A DNA stretch of 60,210 nucleotides, the filler included, from Actinomycetales bacterium (GTDB taxonomy: Bacteria > Actinomycetota > Actinomycetes > Actinomycetales > CAVURS01): the NCBI GenBank assembly GCA_045807245.1. It is 3 parts of 3 records of this genome, joined end to end, with 100 filler letters (N's around TTAATTAATTAA, not from the genome) between each part and the next. Parts side by side here need not be neighbours in the genome. Positions count along the whole stretch, not along the records: positions 39,921 to 60,210 come from JBJMHS010000088.1; 2 more parts are not named here. One strand, written 5' to 3'. Under the pieces are notes generated by a model. The model was given only the letters and a program-made list of their open reading frames with translations, made no database searches and had not been told where the DNA came from. The translations under genes and the position numbers were made by a program. Positions 43,465 to 54,973 of this stretch are shown here, one piece after another (position 1 is the first letter of the stretch; each line of letters opens with the position of its first letter).

Positions 43465-43862
43465 ACCGGCGCGGGCGCTTCCCCGCGCTCGTCCTCGTGG
43501 CGGTGGCTGTCCTCGCCGGCGTGTTCTTGCTCGTCGACCGGCGCGGCGGCGGGTCGGCCTCGGGCCGCGACCACTGTGACCTCACGGGACTGCCGGTCCA
43601 GGCGGACCGGACCGTGCAGGAGGTCAAGGCCGGAGGACCCTTTCCCTACCGGCAGGACGGTGTCGTGTTCGACAACCGCGAGGGCCGGCTGCCGCAGGAG
43701 CCGCACGGCTGGTACCGCGAGTACACGGTGGTGACGCCCGGCTCGGACGACCGCGGGGAGCGGCGGGTCATCGCGGGTGGCCGGAACGAGACCCGCCCGG
43801 ACGTCTGGTACTACACCGCAGACCACTACGCGTCGTTCTGCCTGGTCGCCGGGGCCGGGTGA
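43461..43862 (+). CDS. Secreted guanyl-specific ribonuclease (RNase Sa/barnase family)
   Basis: Signal/TM segment; [31 protein letters not shown] and YYTADHY. Confidence 0.88.
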   Translation: MNRRGRFPALVLVAVAVLAGVFLLVDRRGGGSASGRDHCDLTGLPVQADRTVQEVKAGGPFPYRQDGVVFDNREGRLPQEPHGWYREYTVVTPGSDDRGERRVIAGGRNETRPDVWYYTADHYASFCLVAGAG

Positions 43863-45055
43863 GAACGTCCGTACCGGAGCAGCGATGCCAGCAGGGCCAA
43901 CGCGACGACCTGGACGCCGACGACGAACCACGCCGCGTCCCTGGGACCGCGCTCGTACAGCGCGCCGATGAGCACTGACCCGGCCAGCCAGGCCAGGCCG
44001 TAGACGGCGGTGAACGTCCCGAAGCCGGCGCCGCGCCGGTGCGCGGGCACCAGGTCGGCGACTGCTGCCCGCATGGTCGACTCGTGTGCGCCCATGGCGG
44101 CGCCCCACACGACCGCGCCGACGGTGACGACCCCGACCGAGGAGCCGAACGACAGGAACGGTACGGCGGCCGCGAGCGGTGGCAGGGCGACCAGCCCGCG
44201 CAGGCCAACCCGGTCGTACAGCCGGCCGAAGCCGACTGCTGCTCCGGCGGCGGCGGCCATCGCCACGGCATACAGCACCGGTGCGGCGGCGTCCGACACG
44301 AGGTGCCGCCTCGTCGCGTGGAAGGCCAGGACCGCCCAGGTGGAGAAGCCCAACATCGTCGCGACGGAGAACGCGGAGTACATCCAGAACTGCCGCGACA
44401 GATGCGAGTCCAGGCGCAGCCGCTTGGCCTCGGCGACGGTTGCGGAGGGCTCGAAGTCGACCGGATACGGAGCCGCCCGGCGCAGCCGCAGGAGGACGAG
44501 GAGTGCGGCCAGCCCGGGGACCGCGAGAACCGCGAAGGCCAACCGGTAACCGGCGCCGAGCGCCAGCGCGGCCGCCAGCAGCAGCGGGCCGGCAACGGCG
44601 CCGGTCTGGTCGAGCGCCTCGTGCAGGCCGAACGCGTAGCCGCGCCCCATCCGGGCCGAGGCATGCGCCAGCATCGTGTCGCGCGCCGGCGTGCGGACGG
44701 CCTTGCCGACCCGCTCGCCGTTGTAGAGCAGAGCCGCCGGCACCAGGCCGGACGTCAGCCCGATGAGCGGCACGCAGACGGCGGTGAGCGCGTAGCCGAT
44801 GACGGTCTGCGGCCAGGGCCGGCCGGTGCGGTCCGAGAGCCGCCCGGTGAACAGGCGCAGCACGAGCGCGGACGCCTCACCCAGCCCCGTGACCAGCCCC
44901 ACGACGGCTGCGCTGGCGCCGAGCGAGCCCAGGAACGGGCCGATGACCGAGCGCGCACCCTCATAGACGACGTCGGCCAGTCCGGACACGATGCCGAAGC
45001 CCACGATGAAGCGGACCGGGCTGATCCGGTTGCGCGGCAAGGCGTTCGGTGTCAC
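43826..45055 (-). CDS. MFS transporter
   Basis: 12-TM pattern; GRLSDRTGR, ERVGKAVRTPARD and FGLHEALDQ. Confidence 0.88.
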   Translation of the reverse strand: MTPNALPRNRISPVRFIVGFGIVSGLADVVYEGARSVIGPFLGSLGASAAVVGLVTGLGEASALVLRLFTGRLSDRTGRPWPQTVIGYALTAVCVPLIGLTSGLVPAALLYNGERVGKAVRTPARDTMLAHASARMGRGYAFGLHEALDQTGAVAGPLLLAAALALGAGYRLAFAVLAVPGLAALLVLLRLRRAAPYPVDFEPSATVAEAKRLRLDSHLSRQFWMYSAFSVATMLGFSTWAVLAFHATRRHLVSDAAAPVLYAVAMAAAAGAAVGFGRLYDRVGLRGLVALPPLAAAVPFLSFGSSVGVVTVGAVVWGAAMGAHESTMRAAVADLVPAHRRGAGFGTFTAVYGLAWLAGSVLIGALYERGPRDAAWFVVGVQVVALALLASLLRYGRSHPAPATRQNDA

Positions 45056-46032
45056 GCGCGGTGTCCGTTATCAACCGCGTCACGCGGCACCTGCCGCGCC
45101 CGGCGCCGTACCTGCTGCCAGACCAGCCGCTGCACGAGGAGCGTGACAACCCCAGCCGCAGTCATGCCGAACAGGTTCACACCGAGCTGTGCCGCGGAAC
45201 CGCCCATCTCGCCCGGGGTCCAGAGCGCGACGGCCAGTGCCAGGTTTCCGGCCGCCGGGACCGTGGTCACCGAGATGAACACGCCGACCAGGGCGTTGGC
45301 CCGGCCGGCGGTCTGCGAGAGCACGCCCGCGCAGCCGGCCAGCACGGCCACGACGACCGACCACCGGTCCGGTCGCCAGATGTACCGCGTCAGGGGACGC
45401 GGACCCCCCAGGGAGGACGGGTCGACCCAGCCGGCACCGCGCGCGGCCAGGGCGAACAAGGCCGTGACGGCGATCGCTACGACGAAGCCGTAGAGCAACA
45501 GGCGCGCCGCGGCGGTGGCCAGCCGTCGACGACGCAGGGCGAGGCCGACCGCTGCCGCCGAGACTGCGCCGAACTCGGGTCCCACGACCATGGCGCCGAC
45601 GACGAGCACGGGTGAGTCGAGCACCACCGCGATGCCCGCGATCATCGTGGCCAGGGTCAGGAACGCGTAGTACGACCAGGACGGACGGGCGTCGCCCTCC
45701 GCGTGCTCCAGCACGATGTCCCACACGACGCCGTCGTCGGGCGCACCCGGCGCCGCCCGCTCGGCCGCCCGCGCGTTGTCCGACGGGGCGGCCGTGATGT
45801 CGGTGAGGCTGATCCCACCGTCGTGCTGCACGCCGTACTCGCGCAGCCGGCCGAGGACGTCGGAAGCACCTTCGCGCGCGATGTCGGTGGTCACCAGGTC
45901 GCCGGGCGGGTCCTGGCCGGCGCCCGGGACGAGCACGACGTTCGTCGCGCGCGGGTCCGCGCACAGCAGCCGGACCACATCGTCGGTGCGGGCCGCCGGG
46001 ACGATGAGGCGCGCGTGGATCACCCGCACCAT
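45052..46032 (-). CDS. DUF389 family membrane protein
   Basis: LDSPVLVVGAMVVGPEF and LVGVFISVTTVPAA. Confidence 0.82.
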   Translation of the reverse strand: MVRVIHARLIVPAARTDDVVRLLCADPRATNVVLVPGAGQDPPGDLVTTDIAREGASDVLGRLREYGVQHDGGISLTDITAAPSDNARAAERAAPGAPDDGVVWDIVLEHAEGDARPSWSYYAFLTLATMIAGIAVVLDSPVLVVGAMVVGPEFGAVSAAAVGLALRRRRLATAAARLLLYGFVVAIAVTALFALAARGAGWVDPSSLGGPRPLTRYIWRPDRWSVVVAVLAGCAGVLSQTAGRANALVGVFISVTTVPAAGNLALAVALWTPGEMGGSAAQLGVNLFGMTAAGVVTLLVQRLVWQQVRRRARQVPRDAVDNGHRA

Positions 46033-46053
46033 CCTGCCGTGCCGGCCGAGGTG

Positions 46054-47010
46054 CTAGAGCTTGCGCAGACGGATGCGCGTGACGGCGTGGTCGGCCCCCT
46101 TGGACAGGACGAGGGACGCCCGGCTGCGGGTGGGCAGCACGTTCTCGACCAGGTTCGGGCCGTTGATCGAGCCCCAGATCGCCTCTGCGGTCGAGACTGC
46201 CTCCGCGTCGCTCAGCCCGGCGTACCGGTGGAAGTACGAGCCCGGGTCGGCGAAGGCCGTCTCGCGCAGCCGCAGGAAACGCGAGACGTACCAGCTGCGG
46301 ACGTCCTGCTCCTTGGCGTCGACGTAGATCGAGAAGTCGAAGAAGTCGCTCACCGCGAGGCCGTTGCGGCTGTCGGGCCGGGCGAGCGGAGGTTGCAGGA
46401 CGTTGAGCCCCTCGACGATGAGGACGTCCGGCCGCTTCACCACGACCTGCTCTCCCGGGACGATGTCGTACGTCAGGTGCGAGTAAACCGGGGCCGTTAC
46501 CTGGTCCATGCCGGACTTCACCGCGGCGACGAAACGCAGCAGCGCGCGCCGGTCGTAGGACTCCGGAAATCCCTTGCGTTGCAACAGCCCACGGCTCTGC
46601 AGGTAGGCGTTCGGCCACAGGAAGCCGTCCGTCGTCACCAGCTCGACCCGCGGCGTGTCCGGCCAGCGCGACAACAGCTCGCGCAGGATGCGGGCGGTCG
46701 TCGACTTGCCGACCGCGACCGACCCGGCGATGCCGATCACGAACGGTGTCCGCTCCGGCCGCTCGCCCAGGAACGACGACGTGACGTTGTGCAGCTGGCC
46801 GACCTCGGCGATGTAGAGGTTCAGCAGCCGGGACAGCGGCAGGTAGACCTCCTCGACCTCGAGCAGGTCGATCTGCTCGCCCAGGCCGCGCAGCCGGTCC
46901 AGGTCGGCCTGGGTGAGGGTCAGCGGAGTGTGCGCCCGGAGCCTGGCCCACGCCGGCCGGTCGAGCTCGACGTACGGCGACGGGAGACCGGTCGCGCCGC
47001 CGTTCGCCAC
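46054..47010 (-). CDS. coaA: Type I pantothenate kinase
   Basis: [25 protein letters not shown] and EGLNVLQ. Confidence 0.95.
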   Translation of the reverse strand: MANGGATGLPSPYVELDRPAWARLRAHTPLTLTQADLDRLRGLGEQIDLLEVEEVYLPLSRLLNLYIAEVGQLHNVTSSFLGERPERTPFVIGIAGSVAVGKSTTARILRELLSRWPDTPRVELVTTDGFLWPNAYLQSRGLLQRKGFPESYDRRALLRFVAAVKSGMDQVTAPVYSHLTYDIVPGEQVVVKRPDVLIVEGLNVLQPPLARPDSRNGLAVSDFFDFSIYVDAKEQDVRSWYVSRFLRLRETAFADPGSYFHRYAGLSDAEAVSTAEAIWGSINGPNLVENVLPTRSRASLVLSKGADHAVTRIRLRKL

Positions 47011-47085
47011 GGGCAGTGATTCTGTCCCACCTGTGGCGACCGCGCGCGGACGGGGCAGCGCGCGCCGTACGGATAGCCTGGCCGC

Positions 47086-48945
47086 ATGTGCGGAATCGTC
47101 GGGTACGCCGGTCCGGTTGAGGACGGCATCGCTCTCGACGTCGTGCTCGAGGGCCTGCGGCGGCTCGAGTACCGCGGCTACGACTCGGCCGGTGTGGCGC
47201 TCGTCACCGCCGACGGTCTCGCGACCGAGAAGCGCGCGGGCAAGCTGGTCAACCTCACCGACGCGATCGCCGACGACGAGCTGCCGCCGAGCCGTACGGC
47301 GATCGGTCACACCCGCTGGGCGACCCATGGCGCTCCGACCGACGCCAACGCCCACCCGCACCGCGGCGGCAAGGACGGCCGGCTGGCCCTGATCCACAAC
47401 GGCATCATCGAGAACTACGCCTCGCTCAAGGCCGAGCTGCTGGCGGACGGTGTCGAGTTCGAGTCCGAGACCGACACCGAGGTCGCGGCGCATCTCCTGG
47501 CCCGCGCCTACCTGGACGAAGGTGACCTCGCGGAGGCGATGCGCATCGTGTCCCGCCGGCTCGAGGGGGCGTTCACCCTGCTGGCCGTGCACGCCGACGC
47601 ACCGGGCATCGTCGTTGGCGCGCGTCGCAACTCCCCGCTCGTCGTCGGGGTCGGCGAGGGCGAGAACTTCCTCGGCTCCGACGTGGCCGCCTTCATCAGC
47701 CGCACTCGGGAGGCCGTCGAGCTGGGCCAGGACCAGGTGGTCGAGATCACCCCGACGACGGTCACCATCACGGACTTCGAGGGGAAACCCGCTGAGGGCA
47801 AGACCTTCCACGTCGACTGGGACGCCGCGGCCGCCGAGAAGAGCGGCTACCCGTCGTTCATGGCCAAGGAGATCAACGAGCAGCCGCAGGCCGTGGCGGA
47901 CACGCTGCTCGGCCGCACCGACGCTGCCGGCAACCTCGTCCTCGACGAGCTGCGCATCCAGTCCGAGCAGCTCCGGGCCATCGACCGGATCGTCGTGATC
48001 GCTTGCGGCACAGCGTCGTACGCCGGTTCGGTGGCGAAGTACGCCCTCGAGCACTGGTGCCGGATCCCGACCGAGGTCGCGCTCGCGCACGAGTTCCGCT
48101 ACTCCGACCCGGTGCTGTCCGAGCGCACCCTGGTCGTCGCCATCTCGCAGTCCGGAGAGACGATGGACACGTTGATGGCGGTACGGCACGCCCGCGAGCT
48201 GGGCGCGCTGGTGCTGGCGGTCTGCAACACTCACGGCAGCTCGATCCCGCGCGAGTCGGACGCCGTGCTCTACACCCACGCCGGGCCGGAGATCGCGGTC
48301 GCGTCCACCAAGGCGTTCCTCGCCCAGATCACCGCGTGCTACCTGCTCGGGTTGTACCTCGCGTCCTTGCGGGGCGGTTCGTACGCCGATGACGCGGCCG
48401 CGGTACTGCGCGACCTGCACGCGATGCCGGCCAAGATCCAGAAGGTGCTCGACGGCCTGCAGCAGGTGCGTGAGATCGCGCACTGGATGGCCGACACGCG
48501 CTCGGTGCTGTTCCTGGGGCGGCACGTCGGGTACCCGGTCGCGCTCGAGGGTGCGCTGAAGCTCAAGGAGCTGGCCTACATCCACGCCGAGGGGTTCGCG
48601 GCCGGCGAGCTGAAGCACGGCCCGATCGCGCTGATCGAACCGGGCCAGCCGGTCTTCGTCATCGCACCCAGCCCCTTGATGGAGCACGGCTTGCACGCCA
48701 AGGTCGTCTCGAACATCCAGGAGATCCGGGCTCGCGGCGCGCGCACCCTGGTGATCGCCGAGGAGGGCGACGACGAGGTGGTCGCCTACGCCGACGTCGT
48801 TATCCGGGTGCCCGCCTGCCCGCCGCTGCTGGCGCCGCTGCTGACCACTGTGCCGTTGCAGGTCTTCGCCTGTGAGCTGGCGACCGCCAAGGGGCTCGAC
48901 GTCGACCAGCCGCGCAACCTGGCCAAGTCGGTCACCGTCGAGTGA
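47086..48945 (+). CDS. glmS: Glutamine-fructose-6-phosphate transaminase
   Basis: [31 protein letters not shown] and [11 protein letters not shown]. Confidence 0.97.
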   Translation: MCGIVGYAGPVEDGIALDVVLEGLRRLEYRGYDSAGVALVTADGLATEKRAGKLVNLTDAIADDELPPSRTAIGHTRWATHGAPTDANAHPHRGGKDGRLALIHNGIIENYASLKAELLADGVEFESETDTEVAAHLLARAYLDEGDLAEAMRIVSRRLEGAFTLLAVHADAPGIVVGARRNSPLVVGVGEGENFLGSDVAAFISRTREAVELGQDQVVEITPTTVTITDFEGKPAEGKTFHVDWDAAAAEKSGYPSFMAKEINEQPQAVADTLLGRTDAAGNLVLDELRIQSEQLRAIDRIVVIACGTASYAGSVAKYALEHWCRIPTEVALAHEFRYSDPVLSERTLVVAISQSGETMDTLMAVRHARELGALVLAVCNTHGSSIPRESDAVLYTHAGPEIAVASTKAFLAQITACYLLGLYLASLRGGSYADDAAAVLRDLHAMPAKIQKVLDGLQQVREIAHWMADTRSVLFLGRHVGYPVALEGALKLKELAYIHAEGFAAGELKHGPIALIEPGQPVFVIAPSPLMEHGLHAKVVSNIQEIRARGARTLVIAEEGDDEVVAYADVVIRVPACPPLLAPLLTTVPLQVFACELATAKGLDVDQPRNLAKSVTVE

Positions 48946-48979
48946 CCCGCCCGCTGACGGCCGTGACCAGGATGGCCGA

Positions 48980-49330
48980 ATGATCGTCGGGGTCGGCATC
49001 GACGTCGTCGACGTCGCGCGGTTCGAGGCGAGCCTGCGCCGGTCGCCAGGGCTGACCACGCGGCTGTTCACCGAGTCCGAGCGACACCTGCCGATCAACT
49101 CGCTGGCCGCGAGCTTCGCCGCCAAGGAGGCGCTCGCGAAGTCGCTCGGCGCTCCCGCGGGGCTGCACTGGGCCGACGCGTGGGTCCGCCGCGACGAGGG
49201 TGGCCGGCCGCACCTGCACGTCGAGGGCACGGTCGCGGCCCGCGTGGCGGAGCTCGGCGTCTCGGCCTTGCACGTCTCGCTGTCGCACGACGCCGGCATC
49301 GCGTCCGCAGTCGTCGTGGCCGAGAGCTGA
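48980..49330 (+). CDS. acpS: Holo-ACP synthase
   Basis: [18 protein letters not shown] and HVSLSHD. Confidence 0.93.
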   Translation: MIVGVGIDVVDVARFEASLRRSPGLTTRLFTESERHLPINSLAASFAAKEALAKSLGAPAGLHWADAWVRRDEGGRPHLHVEGTVAARVAELGVSALHVSLSHDAGIASAVVVAES

Positions 49331-49334
49331 CCGG

Positions 49335-50786
49335 ATGATTCGCGCGTACTCCGTCGAGGACGTGCGCACCGCCGAGCGCCGCGCGATGTCGGCGCTGCCC
49401 GACGGCCTGCTCATGCAGCGCGCCGCCAGCGCGCTCGCTGCGACCGCCGCCGAGCTCCTGCCGACGCGGGTGTACGGCGCGCGGGTCGTCCTGCTGGTCG
49501 GCTCGGGCAGCAACGGGGGCGACGCGCTCTGGGCCGGCGCGCGACTGGCCGGGCGCGGGGCCCGGGTGGATGCGGTGCTGGTCGCCGACGGGGCCCACGA
49601 GGCGGGCCTGGCGGCGCTGGTCAGGGCCGGCGGGCGGGCCCACCGCGGCGACGGCACGGCGACGCGACGCGCGCTGGCCGACGCCGAGCTCGTCATCGAC
49701 GGCCTGCTCGGCATCGGCGGTCGCCCGGGGCTCGGTGAGCTGGCCACCCGCCTGCTCGACGCCGTACCCGACGACGCCGTCGTCGTGGCCGTCGACCTGC
49801 CCAGCGGCATCGACCCGGACACCGGCGAGACGCCGGAGCCGCACGTGTGGGCGGACGTCACCGTCACCTTCGGCGTGGCCAAGCCGGGCCTGCTGCTGCC
49901 GCCCGGCGACCAGGCCGCCGGCGACGTGCGAGTCGTGGACATCGGCCTCGGCCCGTCCCTGCGTCGTCTCACCCCGGCGGTGGAGCAGTGGTCCGCGTCG
50001 GACGCGGCTGCGCTGTGGCCGGTGCCCGGGCCCCGGGACGACAAGTACTCGCGCGGAGTCCTCGGTGTCGTCGCCGGCGGAGCGTCGTATACCGGGGCGG
50101 CGGTCCTGTGCTCGGGCGCGGCCGTCGCGGCGGGGGCCGGCATGGTGCGCTACGTCGGGCCGCCGCCGCCCACGGACCTGGTCCGAGCCCGCTGGCCCGA
50201 GGTCGTGCCGGGCGACGGCCGGGTGCAGGCCTGGGTGCTCGGGCCGGGCGTGGACCCTGACGCCGATCCCGACCAGCGCAGGGCGGTGCTGCACGCGGTC
50301 GCGCAGGGCCTGCCCTGCGTCATGGACGCCGGAGCCCTGGAGTTCCTGCCGTCGGCGGACACGCCTCTGCTGCTGACCCCGCATGCCGGTGAGCTCGCTC
50401 GGCTGCTGTCCCGCCAGCAGGGCACGACCGTGGAGCGGGCCGAGATCGAGGCCCGGCCCCTGGAGCACGCGCGGGCGGCCGCCGCGGCGACCGGCGCGAC
50501 GGTGCTGCTCAAGGGCGCGACCGCCGTCCTGGCCGCCCCGGACGGCCGGGTGCGTACGGTCGCCGACGGCCCGGACTGGCTGGCGACGGCCGGCTCGGGC
50601 GACGTCCTGGCCGGCATCGCCGGTGCCCTCCTGGCCGCAGGTCTGGATCCGCTCGACGCCGGCTCGCTCGCCGTCGCAGTCCACGCGGAGGCCGGCTGGC
50701 GGGCCAGCGCAGGGGGTCCGCTCTCGGCCGAGGCGGTACTGCGCGCCGTACCGGCCACCGTCGCGGCCCTGCTGCGTGACCGGTGA
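49335..50786 (+). CDS. nnr: Bifunctional NAD(P)H-hydrate epimerase/dehydratase
   Basis: [34 protein letters not shown] and [10 protein letters not shown]. Confidence 0.9.
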   Translation: MIRAYSVEDVRTAERRAMSALPDGLLMQRAASALAATAAELLPTRVYGARVVLLVGSGSNGGDALWAGARLAGRGARVDAVLVADGAHEAGLAALVRAGGRAHRGDGTATRRALADAELVIDGLLGIGGRPGLGELATRLLDAVPDDAVVVAVDLPSGIDPDTGETPEPHVWADVTVTFGVAKPGLLLPPGDQAAGDVRVVDIGLGPSLRRLTPAVEQWSASDAAALWPVPGPRDDKYSRGVLGVVAGGASYTGAAVLCSGAAVAAGAGMVRYVGPPPPTDLVRARWPEVVPGDGRVQAWVLGPGVDPDADPDQRRAVLHAVAQGLPCVMDAGALEFLPSADTPLLLTPHAGELARLLSRQQGTTVERAEIEARPLEHARAAAAATGATVLLKGATAVLAAPDGRVRTVADGPDWLATAGSGDVLAGIAGALLAAGLDPLDAGSLAVAVHAEAGWRASAGGPLSAEAVLRAVPATVAALLRDR

Positions 50787-50822
50787 TCTCCTGCCGATGC
50801 TCGCCCGACCCGTCCTGACAGG

Positions 50823-52022
50823 ATGTCGGCGATGAACGCGCAGGCGGCCGGGACGGCTTCCAGTACGGCGGCGGGGACGGCCCTGCCGGCGGTCGCCGAG
50901 GTCGACCTGGCCGCCGTGCGGGCGAACGTGGCCGCGCTTTCTGCAGCTGCCGGGCCCGCCGAGGTGATGGCGGTCGTCAAGGCGGACGCGTACGGGCACG
51001 GCCTCGTCCCGTGTGCGCAGGCCGCCCTCGCCGGGGGCGCGACGTGGCTCGGGGTCGCCCAGCTCGCGGAGGGCTTGGCCCTCAGGCGGGCTGGTGTCGG
51101 CGGGCGGCTGCTGTCCTGGCTGCACGTCCCGGGCGACGACTTCGCTGATGCCCTGGGAGCGGACATCGAGCTGTCCGTGTCCGCCCGATGGGCGCTCGAG
51201 GAGATCCGGGCGGCCGCGACCACGACCGGCCGCACCGCCCGGATCCAGCTCAAGGCCGACACCGGCCTGTCCCGCAACGGCTGCCAGCCGCGTGACTGGC
51301 CAGACCTCGTCGCCTCGGTGGGCGCAGCCGTCGCCGAGGGGTCGGTCGAGGTGACCGGCGTGTGGTCGCACCTGGCCTGGGCCGACGCACCCAGTCATCC
51401 GACCGTGCGCCGCCAGCGTGAGCTGTTCGTCGAGATGGCGGCGCAGGTCGAGCGGGCAGGCATCCCGGTGCCGCTGCGCCACCTGGCCAACTCCGCTGCG
51501 ACGCTGACCGACCCGAACGCCCGGTTCGACATCGTCCGGCCCGGCTTGGCCGTGTACGGCCTGTCCCCGGTCCCCGACCTGGGGGGCCCGGCGGCGTACG
51601 GCCTGACCCCGGCGATGACGGTTCGCGGCCGCCTCGCCTCGGTCAAGCAGGTCCCCGCCGGCGAGGGCGTGTCCTACGGCCACGACTACCACACCGGCCA
51701 GGACACGGTCCTGGCCCTGGTGCCGCTCGGCTACGCCGACGGCGTGCCCCGCTCGGCCGGCAACCGCGGGCCGGTGCTCGCTGCCGGGAGGCGCCGCACG
51801 ATCGCCGGTCGCGTGTGCATGGACCAGTTCGTCCTCGACCTGGGCGGCGGCCCCGACGCGGCGGACGCTGCCGCCGGCGACGAGGTGGTCCTGTTCGGCC
51901 CGGGGCGCGACGGCGAACCCACGGCGCAGGACTGGGCCGACGCGGCCGGGACCATCTCCTACGAGATCGTGGCGCGGCTGGGCGTGCGCGTGCCGCGCCG
52001 GTACGTCGGAAGCGACGCGTGA
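50823..52022 (+). CDS. alr: Alanine racemase
   Basis: AVVKADAYGHG, ANSA, RPGLAVYG, GVSYG, GRVCMDQ and TISYEI. Confidence 0.95.
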   Translation: MSAMNAQAAGTASSTAAGTALPAVAEVDLAAVRANVAALSAAAGPAEVMAVVKADAYGHGLVPCAQAALAGGATWLGVAQLAEGLALRRAGVGGRLLSWLHVPGDDFADALGADIELSVSARWALEEIRAAATTTGRTARIQLKADTGLSRNGCQPRDWPDLVASVGAAVAEGSVEVTGVWSHLAWADAPSHPTVRRQRELFVEMAAQVERAGIPVPLRHLANSAATLTDPNARFDIVRPGLAVYGLSPVPDLGGPAAYGLTPAMTVRGRLASVKQVPAGEGVSYGHDYHTGQDTVLALVPLGYADGVPRSAGNRGPVLAAGRRRTIAGRVCMDQFVLDLGGGPDAADAAAGDEVVLFGPGRDGEPTAQDWADAAGTISYEIVARLGVRVPRRYVGSDA

Positions 52023-53218
52023 GCGCGACCCGCACGCTGGCCAAGGTCGGCGTCGGCCTGGCCGCGGCCGGCGTCGGAGCCGCGCTCGGGCTGGCCGCCG
52101 AACGGTTCACGGCCAACCGCACGTTGACCGAGGAGGACCTCGGCGGCGGCCTCACGCCGTACGGGTCGCTGCGCGGCCGTCCGCGCGCGGTCCGCTCGGC
52201 CGACGGGACGCGGCTGCACGTCGAGGTGGACGACCTGGCGAGCTTCCCGCTGGCCGACGGCGACACCCACGCCGACCCCCGCGCCGACGCCGACGCCAGT
52301 CATCGGCAGCCCACCGTGGTGTTCACCCACGGCTTCGCGCTCAACCTGGACGCCTGGCACTTCCAGCGTGCTGCCCTGCGCGGCCACTACCGGCTCGTGC
52401 TGTGGGACCAGCGCGGTCACGGGCGCTCCGGTCCCGGGCCACGAGGGAGCTCGACGATCGATGTCATCGGCGCGGACCTCGGCAGCGTCCTGGATGCGGT
52501 CGTGCCGGACGGTCCGGTCGTCCTGGTCGGGCACTCGATGGGCGGGATGACGATCATGTCGCTCGCCGCGCAACGACCGGAGCTGTTCACGGGCCGGGTC
52601 CTCGCCGTGGCGTTCGTGGGCACGAGCGCCGGCGGGCTGGCCGACGTCCCATGGGCTCGCAACCAGGTCGTCAGCAAGGTGGCCCACCGGCTGGCACCGG
52701 GCGCCGTGTCGACGTTGGCCCGCAGGCCCGAGCTGGTGACCAGGACCCGCAGGCTGGGCAGCGACCTCGAGCAGCTGCTCGTCCGCCGCTACTCCTTCGC
52801 CTCGCCCGTGCCCGCGTCGCTCGTCCGGTTCGCTGCCGACATGATCGCAGCGACCCGGATCGACGTCGTGGCCGACTTCCTGCCGACGTTCGACCTGCAC
52901 GACGCCCGTGAGGCGCTCGCCGCATTGGCCGACACGGAAGTGCTGGTCCTCGGCAGTGCGCAGGACGCGATGACCCCGCAGGACCACAGTGACGAGCTCG
53001 CCCTCCTCCTGCCGCACGCCGAGTACGTCGTCGTACAGAACGCCGGTCACCTCGTGATGCTCGAGCATCCGGAGGTCGTCGACCAGGCACTGTTCGCGCT
53101 GGTCGAGCGCGGGCTCGCGCGTGCCGACGCGCACCAAGGCCGCCGCGGTGGCCGGCGGCGGACCGTGGTGGGGCTGTCGGGAGCCCGCCGGCGCCGGCGG
53201 CGCGAGGACAGCGCATGA
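52019..53218 (+). CDS. Alpha/beta hydrolase
   Basis: FTHGF, WDQRGHG, GHSMGG nucleophile and AGHLVMLE. Confidence 0.88.
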   Translation: MSATRTLAKVGVGLAAAGVGAALGLAAERFTANRTLTEEDLGGGLTPYGSLRGRPRAVRSADGTRLHVEVDDLASFPLADGDTHADPRADADASHRQPTVVFTHGFALNLDAWHFQRAALRGHYRLVLWDQRGHGRSGPGPRGSSTIDVIGADLGSVLDAVVPDGPVVLVGHSMGGMTIMSLAAQRPELFTGRVLAVAFVGTSAGGLADVPWARNQVVSKVAHRLAPGAVSTLARRPELVTRTRRLGSDLEQLLVRRYSFASPVPASLVRFAADMIAATRIDVVADFLPTFDLHDAREALAALADTEVLVLGSAQDAMTPQDHSDELALLLPHAEYVVVQNAGHLVMLEHPEVVDQALFALVERGLARADAHQGRRGGRRRTVVGLSGARRRRRREDSA

Positions 53219-53793
53219 GTACGGCGCGCGCCGAGGTCGTCGCGGCCGGCCGCGTCGACGTGCCGACGGTCGAGGCCATGGTCGGCCTCGGGCGGGTGCT
53301 CGCGGCCGCTCTGCGGCCCGGCGACCTGCTCGTCCTCAGCGGCGACCTGGGCGCGGGCAAGACGACGCTGACGCGGGGGATCGGCGAGGGGCTGGGAGTC
53401 CGCGGTGCCGTGACCTCGCCGACGTTCGTCATCGCGCGGGTCCATCCGGCCCCGCCCGGTCACCCTCCACTCGTGCACGTCGATGCCTACCGGCTGTCCT
53501 CGCTCGCGGAGCTCGACGACCTGGATCTCGATGCGGCACAAGAGGACTCGGTCACCGTTGTGGAATGGGGCACCGGCCTGGCGGAAGACCTGGCGGAGGC
53601 GCGCCTGGAGCTCGACCTCACCCGGCTCAAAGGGACGCGCGGCCGAGAGCCCGGGTCGGGCGCGGGCGAAGGACGCGTCGTGCGATGGCGCGCCGTCGGC
53701 GAGCGATGGTCCGGCTTTGCGCTCCACGGCTCCGACACGGCCACCGGCAACGACAAAGGCGCCGTCGCCGTGGCCGAGCCGTCCGCCCCGTAG
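53215..53793 (+). CDS. tsaE: t6A biosynthesis ATPase
   Basis: GDLGAGKTT, VTSPTF, HVDAYRL and VVEW. Confidence 0.94.
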   Translation: MSTARAEVVAAGRVDVPTVEAMVGLGRVLAAALRPGDLLVLSGDLGAGKTTLTRGIGEGLGVRGAVTSPTFVIARVHPAPPGHPPLVHVDAYRLSSLAELDDLDLDAAQEDSVTVVEWGTGLAEDLAEARLELDLTRLKGTRGREPGSGAGEGRVVRWRAVGERWSGFALHGSDTATGNDKGAVAVAEPSAP

Positions 53794-53802
53794 CCTGCGA
53801 AC

Positions 53803-54468
53803 GTGCTGCTGCTCGCCTTCGACACCGCGACGCCGGCCGTCACCGTCGCCCTGCACGACGGCGAGCGGGTGCTGGCCGAACGCACCACGGTCGACGCCCG
53901 CCGCCAGGGTGAGCTGTTGTCGCCGCACATCGCCGAGGTGCTGGCCGCAGCTGGTGTGACTCCGGCCGACCTGGGTCTCGTGGCGGTGGGCGTCGGCCCC
54001 GGGCCGTTCACCGGGCTGCGGGTCGGTGTCGTGACCGCGCTGGTCATCGGTGAAGCCCTCGGCATCGACGTCGTCGGCGTCTGCAGCCTGGACGTGCTGG
54101 CTGCCGAGGCAGTGTCGTCCGGCGCGGTGCATGACAGTTTCCTCGTGACAACTGATGCCCGCCGGCGCGAGGTTCACTATGCGGCGTACGACGTCGTGGA
54201 CGGCCGCGCGATCCGCGCTGACGGGCCAGCAGTGGCCGCGCCGGCCGACGTCGAGCGGCGTGACCGGCCGGTCGTGGGCCGCGGGGCCGACCTGTACGCC
54301 GAGGTGCTCGGTCCGCGCGTCGGGCCGGTCGACCCGTCGGCCGCGGTGCTCGCGTCGTACGCCGTCGCGGAGCGGACCGCCGGACGCGCGCTGCTGGACG
54401 CCGTACCGCTCTATCTCCGGCGGCCGGACGCGGTCGTCCCCGGTCCGCCCAAGCCCGTGCGCTCGTGA
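53803..54468 (+). CDS. tsaB: t6A biosynthesis protein
   Basis: LAFDTAT, GVGPGPFTGLRVG, DARRREV and PLYLRRPDA. Confidence 0.94.
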   Translation: MLLLAFDTATPAVTVALHDGERVLAERTTVDARRQGELLSPHIAEVLAAAGVTPADLGLVAVGVGPGPFTGLRVGVVTALVIGEALGIDVVGVCSLDVLAAEAVSSGAVHDSFLVTTDARRREVHYAAYDVVDGRAIRADGPAVAAPADVERRDRPVVGRGADLYAEVLGPRVGPVDPSAAVLASYAVAERTAGRALLDAVPLYLRRPDAVVPGPPKPVRS

Positions 54469-54481
54469 CCGGTCGCGACCG

Positions 54482-54973
54482 ATGAGGCTGCGCCCGATGC
54501 GCTGGTGGGACATCACCGGGCTCGAACCCCTCGAGCGGGCGCTGTTCCCTCACGACACCTGGCCCGCGGAGGCGTTCTGGGCCGAGCTCGCGATGGCGGA
54601 CCGCCGGGTCTACCTCGTCGCGGAGGCGGAGGACGGCTCGGTGCTGGGCTACGCGGGCCTCAGCTGCCCGGTCGCCGCGCGGGGAGGTGACGCGGAGATC
54701 ATGACCGTGGCGGTCGACCCGGCGGCGCGGGGAGGCGGGGTCGGCACGGCGTTGGTCGAGGCCCTGCGGGACGAGGCCGGGCGGCGCGGTGCCGGGCGCC
54801 TGCTGCTCGAAGTGCGAGCCGACAACGCGGCGGCGCTCGCTCTTTATCGACGGGCGGGGTTCGAGCAGATCGCGACCCGGCCCTCGTACTACGCGGCCGG
54901 CCCGGAGACCGGGGCCGTCGACGCGCTGGTCCTGCGGCTGCGGCTGCCCGCCCCGGATACGGTGCCGCGATGA
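54482..54973 (+). CDS. rimI: Ribosomal-protein-alanine N-acetyltransferase
   Basis: GYAGL, TVAVDP..RGGGVG, LEVRADN and LYRRAGF; position between tsaB and tsaD. Confidence 0.88.
   Translation: MRLRPMRWWDITGLEPLERALFPHDTWPAEAFWAELAMADRRVYLVAEAEDGSVLGYAGLSCPVAARGGDAEIMTVAVDPAARGGGVGTALVEALRDEAGRRGAGRLLLEVRADNAAALALYRRAGFEQIATRPSYYAAGPETGAVDALVLRLRLPAPDTVPR

Noticed and set aside
47011..47085. glmS ribozyme
   Set aside because: Only 75 bp separate the divergent coaA and glmS starts, which is too short, and no motif is visible.
47011..49299. Apparent 760-aa N-terminal extension of CoaA (1081-aa ORF)
   Set aside because: Antisense to glmS/acpS; CoaA homology starts at about 47010.
49095..51692. 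865-aa minus-strand ORF, and similar long ORFs at 10330-12651 and 29197-31521
   Set aside because: Shadows of nnr/alr, accD/fabF and amidohydrolase/ffh.
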